Notes: a model not told the origin generated them from the letters alone. Positions 17,650 through 28,259 are shown, counted from the first letter of the stretch. The stretch is DNA of 64,000 bases from Bacteroidales bacterium UBA1216 (GCA_002309255.1 DBXI01000076.1:30946-94945), one strand, 5' to 3'. Numbers and translations are program-made.

Positions 17650-19140
17650 ATGGCAAATTTCCAAAAACTAACCCCACGGAGTGAAGACTACTCCAAGTGG
17701 TACAACGAACTGGTAGTAAAAGCCGACCTCGCCGAGCAGTCTGCTGTCCGCGGATGTATGGTCATCAAACCCTACGGCTACGCTATCTGGGAAACCATCC
17801 AGGCGGAACTTGACCGCCGATTCAAAGAAAAAGGTGTGCGCAACGCCTATTTCCCGCTGCTCATCCCCAAATCGTTCCTCAGCCGTGAAGCCGAGCATGT
17901 CGAAGGGTTCGCCAAGGAGTGCGCCGTCGTTACCCACCACCGCCTCAAGAACGACCCGAACGGTAAAGGCGTCATCGTCGATCCCGATGCACGACTTGAA
18001 GAGGAACTGATCATTCGTCCTACTTCAGAAACAATCATCTGGTCAACCTATAAGAACTGGATCTCCTCCTACCGCGACCTGCCCATCCTTTGCAACCAAT
18101 GGTGTAACGTTATGCGCTGGGAGATGCGTACGCGCCTCTTCCTCCGTACTGCCGAGTTCCTCTGGCAGGAAGGTCACACGGCTCACGCCACCAAGGAAGA
18201 GGCCGAAGACTACGCACGCCAGATGCTTGACGTCTATGCTGACTTCGCCGAGAACGTCATGGCAATCCCCGTCATCAAAGGTGTCAAGTCGCCCAACGAG
18301 CGTTTCGCCGGCGCGCTGAACACCTATTGCATCGAAGCCATGATGCAGGACGGCAAAGCTCTTCAAGCAGGAACATCGCACTTCCTCGGGCAGAACTTCG
18401 CCAAGTCCTTTGACGTTCAATACCTCTCCAAAGAGAACAAGTACGAATATGTTTGGGCAACCAGTTGGGGTGTATCAACTCGTCTCATGGGCGCACTCAT
18501 CATGACCCACTCTGACGACAACGGTCTCGTCCTGCCGCCGCATCTCGCTCCGACACAGGTCGTTATTGTGCCAATCTTCAAGAAACAGGAGGATCTCGAC
18601 AAACTCCTCGTTGTCCTGAATCCGCTCTTCGACCGCCTCAAAGCACGTGGCATCCGTGTCAAACTTGACACCGACGACAAATCCACGCCGGGATTCAAGT
18701 TCGCTGACTATGAACTCAAAGGCGTTCCCGTACGTCTCGCCATGGGTGGTCGTGACCTTGAAAACGGCACCATTGAGGTCGCTCGCCGTGACACCCTCAC
18801 TAAAGAAACTCTTCCTTTGGAAGGCATCGAACAGCACATAGCTGACCTGCTGGAAGCCGTGCAGCAGAACTGCTACCAGAAGGCACTCGACTACCGCATA
18901 GCCAACACTCGCGAGGTCAACTCCTATGACGAGTTCAAGGAGGAGATCAAGAAAGGCGGTTTCCTGCTCTGCCACTGGGACGGAACACCCGAAACGGAGG
19001 AGCAGATCAAGAACGATACCAAGGCCACTATCCGATGCATTCCTCTTGATCCTTTACATGGACACAAGCAGGAAGAAGGCCGTTGCATGGTAACAGGCAA
19101 ACCCTCCGCCGGACGAGTAGTCTTCGCCATCGCTTACTAA
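17650..19140 (+). CDS. proS: proline--tRNA ligase (archaeal/eukaryote-like type)
   Basis: Class II aaRS motifs, 496 aa, C-terminal ...VVFAIAY typical of this ProRS subtype. Confidence 0.93.
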   Translation: MANFQKLTPRSEDYSKWYNELVVKADLAEQSAVRGCMVIKPYGYAIWETIQAELDRRFKEKGVRNAYFPLLIPKSFLSREAEHVEGFAKECAVVTHHRLKNDPNGKGVIVDPDARLEEELIIRPTSETIIWSTYKNWISSYRDLPILCNQWCNVMRWEMRTRLFLRTAEFLWQEGHTAHATKEEAEDYARQMLDVYADFAENVMAIPVIKGVKSPNERFAGALNTYCIEAMMQDGKALQAGTSHFLGQNFAKSFDVQYLSKENKYEYVWATSWGVSTRLMGALIMTHSDDNGLVLPPHLAPTQVVIVPIFKKQEDLDKLLVVLNPLFDRLKARGIRVKLDTDDKSTPGFKFADYELKGVPVRLAMGGRDLENGTIEVARRDTLTKETLPLEGIEQHIADLLEAVQQNCYQKALDYRIANTREVNSYDEFKEEIKKGGFLLCHWDGTPETEEQIKNDTKATIRCIPLDPLHGHKQEEGRCMVTGKPSAGRVVFAIAY

Positions 19141-19141
19141 A

Positions 19142-19165
19142 TCTAATTTCTGACTTCTGATTTCT
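19142..19165. repeat. heptad array TCTAATT|TCTGACT|TCTGATT|TCT ending at the rdgB ATG
   Basis: Read directly. The reverse complement (AGAAATC AGAAGTC AGAAATT) belongs to the GAAAKTN heptad family but lies antisense to the downstream gene. Confidence 0.85.
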
Positions 19166-19729
19166 ATGAAATTGGTTTTTGCATCGAATAACGCCCACAA
19201 ACTCCAAGAGGTTCGTGCCATCTTGCCCGAGCACGAGATACTCAGCCTCGAGGATATCGGTTGTCACGCCGATATCCCCGAGACGGCGGATACTCTTGAG
19301 GGCAACTCGCTCATCAAGGCGCAGTACATCTACGACCACTATCATTGCGACTGCTTGGCCGATGACACCGGCTTGGAGATTGAGGCTCTCGGCAACCAGC
19401 CCGGCGTACGTACCGCACGCTGGGCTGGTGAACCGGCTAACCCTGCCAACAACCGCGCCAAAGCCTTACGCGAACTTGCCGACCAGACCAACCGAAACGC
19501 ACGCTTCCGCACTGTGATCACCCTCATCCGTGGCTGCAAGGTTGAGCAGGTAGAAGGCATCGTCCGTGGCAGAATTGCCGAAGCCGAGTACGGTAACGGG
19601 GGATTTGGCTACGACCCGCTCTTCATCCCCGAAGGCTACGACCGCACCTTCGCCGAACTGCCGGCTGAGCTCAAGAACACCATCAGCCATCGCGCAAGGG
19701 CTCTGCAAGCACTCAAGCAATTACTCTAA
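19166..19729 (+). CDS. rdgB: non-canonical purine NTP pyrophosphatase (dITP/XTP, RdgB/HAM1 family)
   Basis: MKLVFASNNAHKLQEV, EETG-like TLEGNS, FGYDPLF and SHRARA motifs. Confidence 0.9.
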   Translation: MKLVFASNNAHKLQEVRAILPEHEILSLEDIGCHADIPETADTLEGNSLIKAQYIYDHYHCDCLADDTGLEIEALGNQPGVRTARWAGEPANPANNRAKALRELADQTNRNARFRTVITLIRGCKVEQVEGIVRGRIAEAEYGNGGFGYDPLFIPEGYDRTFAELPAELKNTISHRARALQALKQLL

Positions 19730-19750
19730 CATAGATAAACAACTCTGACA

Positions 19751-22700
19751 ATGAAACGTCTCTTCGTATCTCTTACCTTCATCGCACTCCTGACATCCAT
19801 GAGCGCTACATCCTCCTGGACTACACACTTCGCATATACCAGCGTCAATAAGATCGCTGCCGGAGGGGGCATCGTGTATGGAGTTTCTTCCGGTGCGCTC
19901 TTCTCGATAGACGCGCAGACGGACAAGATCCGCACTTACAGCAATCAGGATGGTATGCATGGATCAAACATCGTATGCATACAATGGCTGGAGCCTGTAC
20001 AGGCGCTGATGATCATGTATGCTGACGGTAAGATGGATCTGCTCCGCGAAGAACAGTTTCACTTTGTGCCAGATATTTACCTCAAGGACGTCACGTTCAG
20101 CAAGCAGTGTAACGCTGTCGTAATCAAAGACAGCCTTGCATACATGGCTATGAACTATGGTGTACAGACATTCCATATCCGCAAGCAGGAGTTTGTTGAT
20201 ACATACTTCATTGGGGACAATGCGAAAGAAGTTCCGGTCAGCAGTGTAGCTTTTTCCGGCAATAATATCTATGCCGCCAGTGATACGATCCTCTACACCG
20301 CATCTCTCGACGATAATATAGTGGATTACGCCTACTGGTCGATCGTGCCGCTGCCCATGAATGGCACTATACAAGGCCTCGTAACTGCTCAAGGAACATT
20401 GTACCTCTTGCAAAAGAATACCTGCTATCGCCTGCAGGATGATCAGTGGGTGGCTATTGACAATCAGTCATATAAGGTGCTGAACGTGGTGGGCGGAAAC
20501 CTGCTACCTGGAAACTATCCGGTTGTATCTGAAAACGGACTTTGGGCTGCGGCTGGTGAGCAAGGCATCATACGCGAACTGCCTACTGGCGAACAGATAA
20601 CCTATCAGCTCAATGGCCCACTGAACAATACCCCTTATCGCCTTTCTTTTCAGCAAGGACAATTGTTCATGCTTGCTGGCGGGCGCTGGGGTACGCAATA
20701 CAATCGTCCCGGATCCGTTATGCGTTTTGACGGAACAACATGGCACAACATAACGAAGAAAGATATTGTAAATGCAGTCGGTGGCTATTGTTATGATATG
20801 ATGAACGTAGCTGTTGACCCGATGGATCAAACACACTACTACACTACATCTTACGGAACAGGTATGTACGAGTTCCGCAACGATACATGTATCAAGCGCT
20901 GGGACACCTCCAACTCTATCATAGGTACATCTGCCATTAGCAACCCTGCCAGATACACCCGAACCGACGCTGCTACCTATGATGCACAAGGCAACTTGTG
21001 GGTGATGAATGCAGGTGATGTGCCATATAACATCGTCATCTTCACGCCGGATAGTACGCAGATAGGAATGAATATCAACAATTCTACCGGCGCACGCGAA
21101 CTGATACATACTGTTGGACAACTCATCTTTGATAAACGGGATCCGAATCTCGTTTGGGTGCTCTCGCCCCGTAACGGCGAAGGACATGCGGGTGTCGGAC
21201 TAATTGATACTAAGGGAACAATCAACAACCCCGAAGATGACCGGTCGCTGATTCGTACATCATGGATAGATTCTGACGAACAGCCGTTCATTCGCCAAGC
21301 AATCTATACTATGCGCCAGGATTCGGAAGCAAATATCTGGCTCGCTACGGGAAATGGTATATTTATTATCCCGTCAACAACCGACTACTTCCAATCGGAG
21401 CAATGCGAGATCCTGCACTTGAAGGACAATGATGGCACACCTCTCTTTGAAGAGGAGGAAATCAACGATGTTGTATTCGACCAACTCAATCGTCCCTGGA
21501 TCGCCACGCAGAACTCCGGAGTATATGTTTTCGCCAGTGATCTGCAATCCGTCGTTGCGCACTATTCAATGGATAACTCCGCTCTACCGTCAAACACCAT
21601 TTTCTCCTTTGCCTACGATAAAGCAAGTGAAAGGATGTATATTGGTTCTGCAGCCGGACTTGTGTCATGCAAGGAACCAACCAGCGATATTCCCTCTTCT
21701 GGCAATGATAACTCTTCCGTTGACTATGGATCTATGCAGCAGTGGACAACACACTTCGCATATACCAGCGTCAGAAGTATGCAACTCTCCTCAACTCATG
21801 TGTATGCGCTGTCTGAGGGCTCACTCTTCGCGGTTGACAGAGCCGACGAATCGTTGGTTTATTACTCCAAATTAGACGGACTGAACGGTTCTGTTATCCA
21901 GCGAATTGACTACGACAATTATACCCGCCGCCTTGTTATTACATACGAGGATGGAATGATCGACCTGCTGGATGAGAATGAAGTGACACATCCTGTTGCA
22001 GACCTTTATCTGAAGCAGATGAACGCACTCAAGCGCGTGCAGGACATAGCGTTCAAAGATGGCAAAGCATATATGGCAATGCCCTTTGGCATCATGGTCA
22101 TGAATCTGCGCAAGGAAGAGATAAGTGATACGTATTATATCGGCAATGGGGGCGATGAAATGGCACTCAACGCAATAGCTATCAGAGGGGACACTATATA
22201 TGCTGCCGCGGATAACTTGCTATATACAGCTCACATGCATGACAATCTGGTTGACTACTCGCAGTGGAAACACAGAGCTTTGGCAAAACCCATCAAGTCG
22301 CTTGTATGCCACAACGGTGATTTGTACATGCTTATGGATAGCGTTATTTATCGCAACTCGCAGCCCATAACCACATCCGAGCATTTTGCAATACTATTAG
22401 AGAGCAACACTGCGCTACTTGCTCGAACAGCAGACTACCGATACTTCGAGGTAACAGGGGATGAAGTAATCCTGCAAGAAGTGCCCTCAACATATAAACC
22501 GTACACTGCAGTAAAAGAAGGAGGAGGAGGATTTTGGATCGGTATGTCAAACGGAGTGTGGTATGTAGATGTCGATAAATCCATCCAGAAGTACACTCCA
22601 AAGGGGCCATTGTCCAATATAGCTTACTTCCTCACAACACACGGCTCAGAACTATGGATGGTGCCCGGAGGACGATGGTTTGCCAGTTACGGCCGCGCTG

Positions 22701-23980
22701 GACAAGTCATGCGCTACAATGGCAAAACATGGAATAATTTGACCAACACAGAGATCAAGAATCGCATAGGTACAGATCTTCCTATTCGTGATATCGGACA
22801 CATCGCTATCGATCCGGCTAATCCCAAGCACTTCTATGCATCCTGTTTCGGAACAGGGCTATTGGAGTTCATGCCTGATGGCGCAATAAAACAATATACA
22901 TATAACAATAGCCCTCTCGTAACATTGGTAGAGGGAAAGAGTGCCCATCTATACTGCCGCACGGATGCACTCACGTTTGATGCGGACGGAAACCTCTGGT
23001 TCACCAATACCGGAGATTTAGCCACCAATATCCACATCATTGATCCGCAAAATCAGTGGCACTTGTTCAACCTGTATCAGAACGGACGACGTATCATACT
23101 TAATACAGTATCCAAGTTCCTTGTGGACAATCGTTATCCCAACTACAAATGGATAGCCAGCGCGCGATTGGATGCAGGAGTTGTGCTGCTCAACGACAAT
23201 GGTACACCATACAACCCGAATGATGACCGAATACTCATGCGCACAACGTTTGTGGATCAGGATAACAAGAGCATAACGCTTGCACGATTGCAAACAATGG
23301 CACAAGATATGAATGGCAATTTGTGGCTCGGAACAAGCGAAGGTATATTGATAATCGATGCAGCTACCGACTTCTTCCAATCCGGAGCGTGCCGCAGATT
23401 AAAGATATCTCGCCATGATGGAACAAATCTGGCAGACTATCTGCTCGGAACAGAGCAAATCAATTCGATCGTCTTTGCCGGAGGCAATCGTATATGGATA
23501 GGCACTGAAGCATCCGGAGCTTACCTCGTGCACATGGTGACCAAAGAAGGTATATATGAACCGGAGATCCTTGCACACTTCACTACGATCAACTCACCAA
23601 TGCCTTCCGACTGCGTATTGTCAATAGCAGTTGACGATAGAGGTGAAGTATATATCGGTACAGCCAAGGGATTAGTATCCTACCGCGGAGATGCTACCGA
23701 ACCGGAGGAGGAATTCAATGGTGCATACGTTTATCCTAATCCCGTCCGCCCGAATTACGAAGGCGCAATAGCCATCACCGGATTGATGGACAACACCACG
23801 GTCTTCATCGCTGATGCAGCCGGCAATGTTGTCTGCCGAACGCATAGTAACGGCGGTACTGCTATCTGGGACGGAAAGACGCAGTCCGGCAAGAAAGCGC
23901 ACTCCGGCGTATATACGATCTACTGCAATACAGCGGACGGCAAGGGGCACACAGTCCTCAAACTCCTGCTGATGCATTAA
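19751..23980 (+). CDS. doubled PorZ-like propeller protein with T9SS C-terminal sorting domain
   Basis: 1409 aa. Signal peptide, then two homologous modules of about 650 aa, each resembling a two-propeller PorZ / two-component-regulator-propeller protein. C-terminus is YVYPNPVRPNYEG...GVYTIYC...VLKLLLMH, a Por-secretion-tail pattern. Confidence 0.75.
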   Translation: MKRLFVSLTFIALLTSMSATSSWTTHFAYTSVNKIAAGGGIVYGVSSGALFSIDAQTDKIRTYSNQDGMHGSNIVCIQWLEPVQALMIMYADGKMDLLREEQFHFVPDIYLKDVTFSKQCNAVVIKDSLAYMAMNYGVQTFHIRKQEFVDTYFIGDNAKEVPVSSVAFSGNNIYAASDTILYTASLDDNIVDYAYWSIVPLPMNGTIQGLVTAQGTLYLLQKNTCYRLQDDQWVAIDNQSYKVLNVVGGNLLPGNYPVVSENGLWAAAGEQGIIRELPTGEQITYQLNGPLNNTPYRLSFQQGQLFMLAGGRWGTQYNRPGSVMRFDGTTWHNITKKDIVNAVGGYCYDMMNVAVDPMDQTHYYTTSYGTGMYEFRNDTCIKRWDTSNSIIGTSAISNPARYTRTDAATYDAQGNLWVMNAGDVPYNIVIFTPDSTQIGMNINNSTGARELIHTVGQLIFDKRDPNLVWVLSPRNGEGHAGVGLIDTKGTINNPEDDRSLIRTSWIDSDEQPFIRQAIYTMRQDSEANIWLATGNGIFIIPSTTDYFQSEQCEILHLKDNDGTPLFEEEEINDVVFDQLNRPWIATQNSGVYVFASDLQSVVAHYSMDNSALPSNTIFSFAYDKASERMYIGSAAGLVSCKEPTSDIPSSGNDNSSVDYGSMQQWTTHFAYTSVRSMQLSSTHVYALSEGSLFAVDRADESLVYYSKLDGLNGSVIQRIDYDNYTRRLVITYEDGMIDLLDENEVTHPVADLYLKQMNALKRVQDIAFKDGKAYMAMPFGIMVMNLRKEEISDTYYIGNGGDEMALNAIAIRGDTIYAAADNLLYTAHMHDNLVDYSQWKHRALAKPIKSLVCHNGDLYMLMDSVIYRNSQPITTSEHFAILLESNTALLARTADYRYFEVTGDEVILQEVPSTYKPYTAVKEGGGGFWIGMSNGVWYVDVDKSIQKYTPKGPLSNIAYFLTTHGSELWMVPGGRWFASYGRAGQVMRYNGKTWNNLTNTEIKNRIGTDLPIRDIGHIAIDPANPKHFYASCFGTGLLEFMPDGAIKQYTYNNSPLVTLVEGKSAHLYCRTDALTFDADGNLWFTNTGDLATNIHIIDPQNQWHLFNLYQNGRRIILNTVSKFLVDNRYPNYKWIASARLDAGVVLLNDNGTPYNPNDDRILMRTTFVDQDNKSITLARLQTMAQDMNGNLWLGTSEGILIIDAATDFFQSGACRRLKISRHDGTNLADYLLGTEQINSIVFAGGNRIWIGTEASGAYLVHMVTKEGIYEPEILAHFTTINSPMPSDCVLSIAVDDRGEVYIGTAKGLVSYRGDATEPEEEFNGAYVYPNPVRPNYEGAIAITGLMDNTTVFIADAAGNVVCRTHSNGGTAIWDGKTQSGKKAHSGVYTIYCNTADGKGHTVLKLLLMH

Positions 23981-23988
23981 AACCGAAT

Positions 23989-24016
23989 GAGGGTGCGCCG
24001 GTCAAAGCGCACCCTC
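23989..24016. terminator. bidirectional terminator hairpin (10-bp GC-rich stem)
   Basis: GAGGGTGCGC (8-nt loop) GCGCACCCTC, between convergent genes. Confidence 0.75.
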
Positions 24017-24040
24017 GTTACATTTATACACTATATAGCA

Positions 24041-25813
24041 TCAGCGAACCTCTTGTCCTTGAGCGTTATATGTCCGTCCGTCCAGAAGGATAAGCAGTTG
24101 TCCGTCGCGAACGATCTTCTGATAGACAGGAAACGATGCATCGCTTGCCGGTGCAAACTCCGCATCCGTGGGAGTAGTAGCCGGCTTGCGGGAGTTGATC
24201 TCACGATACAGTGCGCTTAAGGGGGTGCCCTCATAATCGAACAGCGTTGTATTGGATATTATGTTGCCATCTTGCCACCAGCGATTGTACGTAGCGTCGT
24301 ACTTCTCTGCCCAGCACACTTCCGTCCATGAGCCGTTCACCTTCTGATCAACGAAGATCGGATCCCAATACATGTATCCGACAATCTTCTTGTCGTTATC
24401 AAGTGCATCGTGTAGCGCTTTGATGAATGTTTCCTGACCTGCCTCGGTTGCCTCGTTGTAGCAACCGTTCAGATGCAACTGCCCTTCGTAGTTGCCGCCG
24501 TTCTTTCCGTTAGGCCTATATTGTGTCCATGAGTAGCCTACCTCCATCAGTATCACAGGCTTGCCGATGTTATCCTCCAGATCTTTTGCCCACTCTAACA
24601 TACCGGTGGGTGTGCAGTCGCTTGCATTGTGATCTTTTGCCCAGTGAGGATAATAAGAACCTCCGACGATATCGAACTTGCCACCTGCATCTTTCAAATT
24701 CTTAAAGAAATTGCGGCAGATACCTATCTTACCACTATCGCCATAACTGTGGTGGATGATGATCTGACTATTGGGTGATACCTCCTTCACAGCATCATAT
24801 GCGCGGTTGAATAAGGCTACGCACTGACTCATATTACTTGTATGTCCGCCAAAATCCACCTTATTGCCATTTAGGTCGGTGTACAATATACCATAGTTCG
24901 TCTCGTTGCCGATAGACACATATTCAGGATAAATCCCCTCTTCCTTGAGTCGGAGCATGAACGCACGCACGTAGTTCTCTACCGAGTCGCATAGCACGCT
25001 GTGGGAGGTCACATCTTTCCATGCGCCCGGAATATATTGCTCCGTAGCTCCTGCCCAGTAGTCGCTCAGGTAGATCGACAGGCAGATCTGCATGTTGTGG
25101 GCCTTGGCGCGCTTGGCAAGATTCAGTATATCGTCTGCGCCGGCGTAAGGATAACCCGTATCGTCATTATTCGCAAATTTAACTGGAGTACGATAGGTCG
25201 TACCACCACTTTTTACAGCTGTACCCGGTGTGTGGTACAAGCGCAGACGCGCCAGGTTCAGACCATATGACTCTAAGATGTCAAACACATCACCGGCTGT
25301 TCCGTCCTGGTAGCGGAACACTGTCCCCCAATCCTCCATATAGGTAGCCATCGTCAGGTCGCCGCCCATAAGGAACGATGCGGCTACATGTTCGGGGTCT
25401 TCGGGCTCCTCAGTAGGTTCCTCTTCCGGCTCATCGAAACGGATAGTCATAGCCGTGGAATTGAACGTTACCTTGTAATCACCCTCCGCTAACGCCAGCC
25501 AGCCATTCGCTCCGTCCGCACTGGCCAATTCTACATCTACGCCTGTTGCAGTGACAGCTGCGTCCTTCCAACCGTACATCTTTGACCAAGAACCATTACG
25601 TACACAGAACTTGATTCCTTCTACAGGTATATTGCACGATGGGATAACGAACACGTCGTCCGCATCCGTCGTCTTAAACTGTCCTAAATCACCGCTCAGA
25701 CTCTCCGACCACACATACAGATACCAATCCGCGTTTTCAGCACGTACTGCCAGTACATTTATCACGGCGCATAGCAAGCCAACAATTACGCCACATAAAT
25801 ACTTGTTCTTCAT
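24041..25813 (-). CDS. GH53 arabinogalactan endo-beta-1,4-galactanase with N-terminal beta-sandwich (CBM-like) module
   Basis: Signal peptide. Clan GH-A motifs VSIGNETNYG (acid/base) and VILMEVGYSW (nucleophile), plus YLSDYWAG...IPGAW matching the GH53 YSDFWADPGKQ pattern. Short C-terminal tail KIVRDGQLLILLDGRTYNAQGQEVR. Confidence 0.72.
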   Translation of the reverse strand: MKNKYLCGVIVGLLCAVINVLAVRAENADWYLYVWSESLSGDLGQFKTTDADDVFVIPSCNIPVEGIKFCVRNGSWSKMYGWKDAAVTATGVDVELASADGANGWLALAEGDYKVTFNSTAMTIRFDEPEEEPTEEPEDPEHVAASFLMGGDLTMATYMEDWGTVFRYQDGTAGDVFDILESYGLNLARLRLYHTPGTAVKSGGTTYRTPVKFANNDDTGYPYAGADDILNLAKRAKAHNMQICLSIYLSDYWAGATEQYIPGAWKDVTSHSVLCDSVENYVRAFMLRLKEEGIYPEYVSIGNETNYGILYTDLNGNKVDFGGHTSNMSQCVALFNRAYDAVKEVSPNSQIIIHHSYGDSGKIGICRNFFKNLKDAGGKFDIVGGSYYPHWAKDHNASDCTPTGMLEWAKDLEDNIGKPVILMEVGYSWTQYRPNGKNGGNYEGQLHLNGCYNEATEAGQETFIKALHDALDNDKKIVGYMYWDPIFVDQKVNGSWTEVCWAEKYDATYNRWWQDGNIISNTTLFDYEGTPLSALYREINSRKPATTPTDAEFAPASDASFPVYQKIVRDGQLLILLDGRTYNAQGQEVR

Positions 25814-25850
25814 AAGTGTAAATATTTTGGTTATAAAAAAATTCTCCTTG

Positions 25851-28259
25851 TTATAGCCCCAACCTCACGCATCCGCGTATACCCCATAGCGGTGTGCTCG
25901 GGTCGTCTCGATGCGTGAGTCGCCAGATAGAGTACACATCAACCAGTCGCAGAATGTTGCCTATACCCACTCCCACTTCCACATACGGCACACTGAGCGT
26001 CTGCAGCCCTTCGGTGAACGAATGTCCGCTGCCTAATCCGCCGTAGGCTATCTTGCACTCCACGAGTTCCCTCAGATGCAAGAAGCGCACACCCGGGATC
26101 AGATTGAACAGCACACCCTGTCCGTTCCACTCGGCCTGCAGGGTGAGGTACTTGTCGGTGGCGTATTGGTGGCTGTTCATCAGGGTGAAACGGTAGGTGT
26201 CGTATAAGTACGACTGGTTGCCGTCCATGATCTCCAGCAGCGGATAGGGCACCTTGCCTATCACGATGCCGGCTGAGGCTACATACGTCAGTCTGCCGCC
26301 CACATTGAACGACACCTGCTGTCGCACCGTGGCGTTCAGCTTGGCGTACATATGGTAGTTATTGTCGCCCACGTAAGCAAAGCTCCCCACCTCTGCACCG
26401 ATGAATACCGTAGGCTGCTGGCTGTACAAGTGTATCCGCTGCATGTACATATCTACTGCCCGTTCGTGCCAACTCAATCGCACTATGCCTGTCAGGCTGG
26501 TGAATCGGAACGGGTCAAATGGGTACGAAGGCTGAGGCACGATGGCGTTCGTGCGCAGGTCGCGCTCCGAAACATACGACGGATCGAGTCGCCCTACCTT
26601 GACGCGGATGGTCGTCTCTATGCCCTCGCGCCAGTCAGCATCATAGTTCATAAGGATCGCGCGCTCGCGTATGCCTGTGTGACGTGCGGTTGTGTTGTTG
26701 TAAGGTAGGCCGTCCAGCAGACTCGGAATGAAGTCCATCTCCCGTGCACCGAATCCGTTCTCGCGAGGTAACTTGTCGAACACCGAGGTCTCCGAATAGA
26801 CGTAGTGATCCTCGTATCGCAGCTGTAACCAGTGCCGACGCTCGGTGGGCATCAGTATAGCTACTTGTCCCATCCATTTGAACTTCTTGTCGCCCCAGCC
26901 GTAGCCGAAGTACCCATCCAGACTCACGTGCTTCCATAGCCTCTCGTTCGTGTGCAACGGCAGACCGAAGTACAGCCCGTGCGCCTTGTTGCAGTGGAAT
27001 ATGTCGGTGATCTTTCCTATCTCTATTGCCCCGCCGATGGGTATGTAGCCGCTGGTGGCGATGGTCAGTCCCCATTTAACGACCTTGACAATCGGCAGAT
27101 CATCTATCCTGTTCATCGCATCCATCGTTGCGGAGTCCGCCACATGGCTCAGCGACGGCTCATTTACCGCATCGGTGGCAACATATGTAAGCTTGCGCTC
27201 CACCACCATACTCGGGAACACATGCGAGGAGTCCGCCTTCACCGCAAAATCCAGCGCCATGGTCATCCGCTCCGTCTGCAAGATGTTTTGTTCGTTGAAC
27301 AGCTGCTTGATGTGCATGCCATGCAAGTAGTTCAGGTTCACCTCTCGCGGCACCTTGGCTTCCATGCGCCGCAGCGCCCAGGTGCCCGAGTCCACCTCCA
27401 TCTCGCCGTTGAAGGTGGGGTAGTAACCGTTCTTCGTCCTATAGTGCAGCAGATAACGCTTGCTCGCCGCCGTGCTGTCGCCACCCGTGCTGTCCGCCAG
27501 AAAGTAGTCGTAGTACACTGCACCGCTCTTGGCCAATGGACTGACGAACGCTGTCCCGCACAGACTCACGTTGTTGCGGTAGAAGTCCGCATAACTGCCT
27601 GTCAGTGACAAGATAGGCTCGTAATCAGTCTCGGTGAGCACGCAGCGGGTCTGTTGTTGCGTCAGCGGCGACAGGTAGCCTCCACTCAGACGTGTGTTGC
27701 CTACCGACAGGTAGAGCGGCAGAAACATAGAACTGTCCTCACGCGTCACGATACCTTCCTTCAGGTTCTTCCACAGAAAACGCTCCAGATGCTTGGCGCG
27801 TATGTCGGATAGGTAGAGATGCTTGTACTCCTCGTATCGGTCGGTGGCCTGTCCGCCCAACTGACGGTCGTTCTGCTCGCGGTGGTTGCGCACCTGATCG
27901 ATGATTGCCATGGCGGCGTTGTCATCAGGTAGCACCTGTATCTCCCTCAGGCTCTCCACCCTCTCCACCATCGCTACGTCGATACCTGACTGCATGCCTG
28001 GCATGATTTCGAACCGCTGCTTGCGGTAGCCCACGGCGGAGATAACGAGCGTGTGCCGCTCCTCCATGTTCGTGCGGATCATGAACAGCCCCTCATCATT
28101 GGTGCTCGCGCCTACCTTGGTGCCCTTCAGTACAACGTTCGCAGCCGGTATAGGCTCGCCCGTCTCGGCGTTATACACCTCACCGATCACGATCGTCTCC
28201 GCCGCCGTCAGCCGACCGATGCTGCAGAGCAAGAGCACTATGTAAGCAAGGCGTTTCAT
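25851..28259 (-). CDS. CarboxypepD_reg-like domain + DUF5686-like outer membrane protein
   Basis: Signal peptide, N-terminal GEVYNAETGEPIPAANVVLKGTKVGASTNDEGLFMI (carboxypeptidase-regulatory-like), and a large beta-rich C-terminus. About 800 aa, as in DUF5686 proteins. Confidence 0.6.
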   Translation of the reverse strand: MKRLAYIVLLLCSIGRLTAAETIVIGEVYNAETGEPIPAANVVLKGTKVGASTNDEGLFMIRTNMEERHTLVISAVGYRKQRFEIMPGMQSGIDVAMVERVESLREIQVLPDDNAAMAIIDQVRNHREQNDRQLGGQATDRYEEYKHLYLSDIRAKHLERFLWKNLKEGIVTREDSSMFLPLYLSVGNTRLSGGYLSPLTQQQTRCVLTETDYEPILSLTGSYADFYRNNVSLCGTAFVSPLAKSGAVYYDYFLADSTGGDSTAASKRYLLHYRTKNGYYPTFNGEMEVDSGTWALRRMEAKVPREVNLNYLHGMHIKQLFNEQNILQTERMTMALDFAVKADSSHVFPSMVVERKLTYVATDAVNEPSLSHVADSATMDAMNRIDDLPIVKVVKWGLTIATSGYIPIGGAIEIGKITDIFHCNKAHGLYFGLPLHTNERLWKHVSLDGYFGYGWGDKKFKWMGQVAILMPTERRHWLQLRYEDHYVYSETSVFDKLPRENGFGAREMDFIPSLLDGLPYNNTTARHTGIRERAILMNYDADWREGIETTIRVKVGRLDPSYVSERDLRTNAIVPQPSYPFDPFRFTSLTGIVRLSWHERAVDMYMQRIHLYSQQPTVFIGAEVGSFAYVGDNNYHMYAKLNATVRQQVSFNVGGRLTYVASAGIVIGKVPYPLLEIMDGNQSYLYDTYRFTLMNSHQYATDKYLTLQAEWNGQGVLFNLIPGVRFLHLRELVECKIAYGGLGSGHSFTEGLQTLSVPYVEVGVGIGNILRLVDVYSIWRLTHRDDPSTPLWGIRGCVRLGL

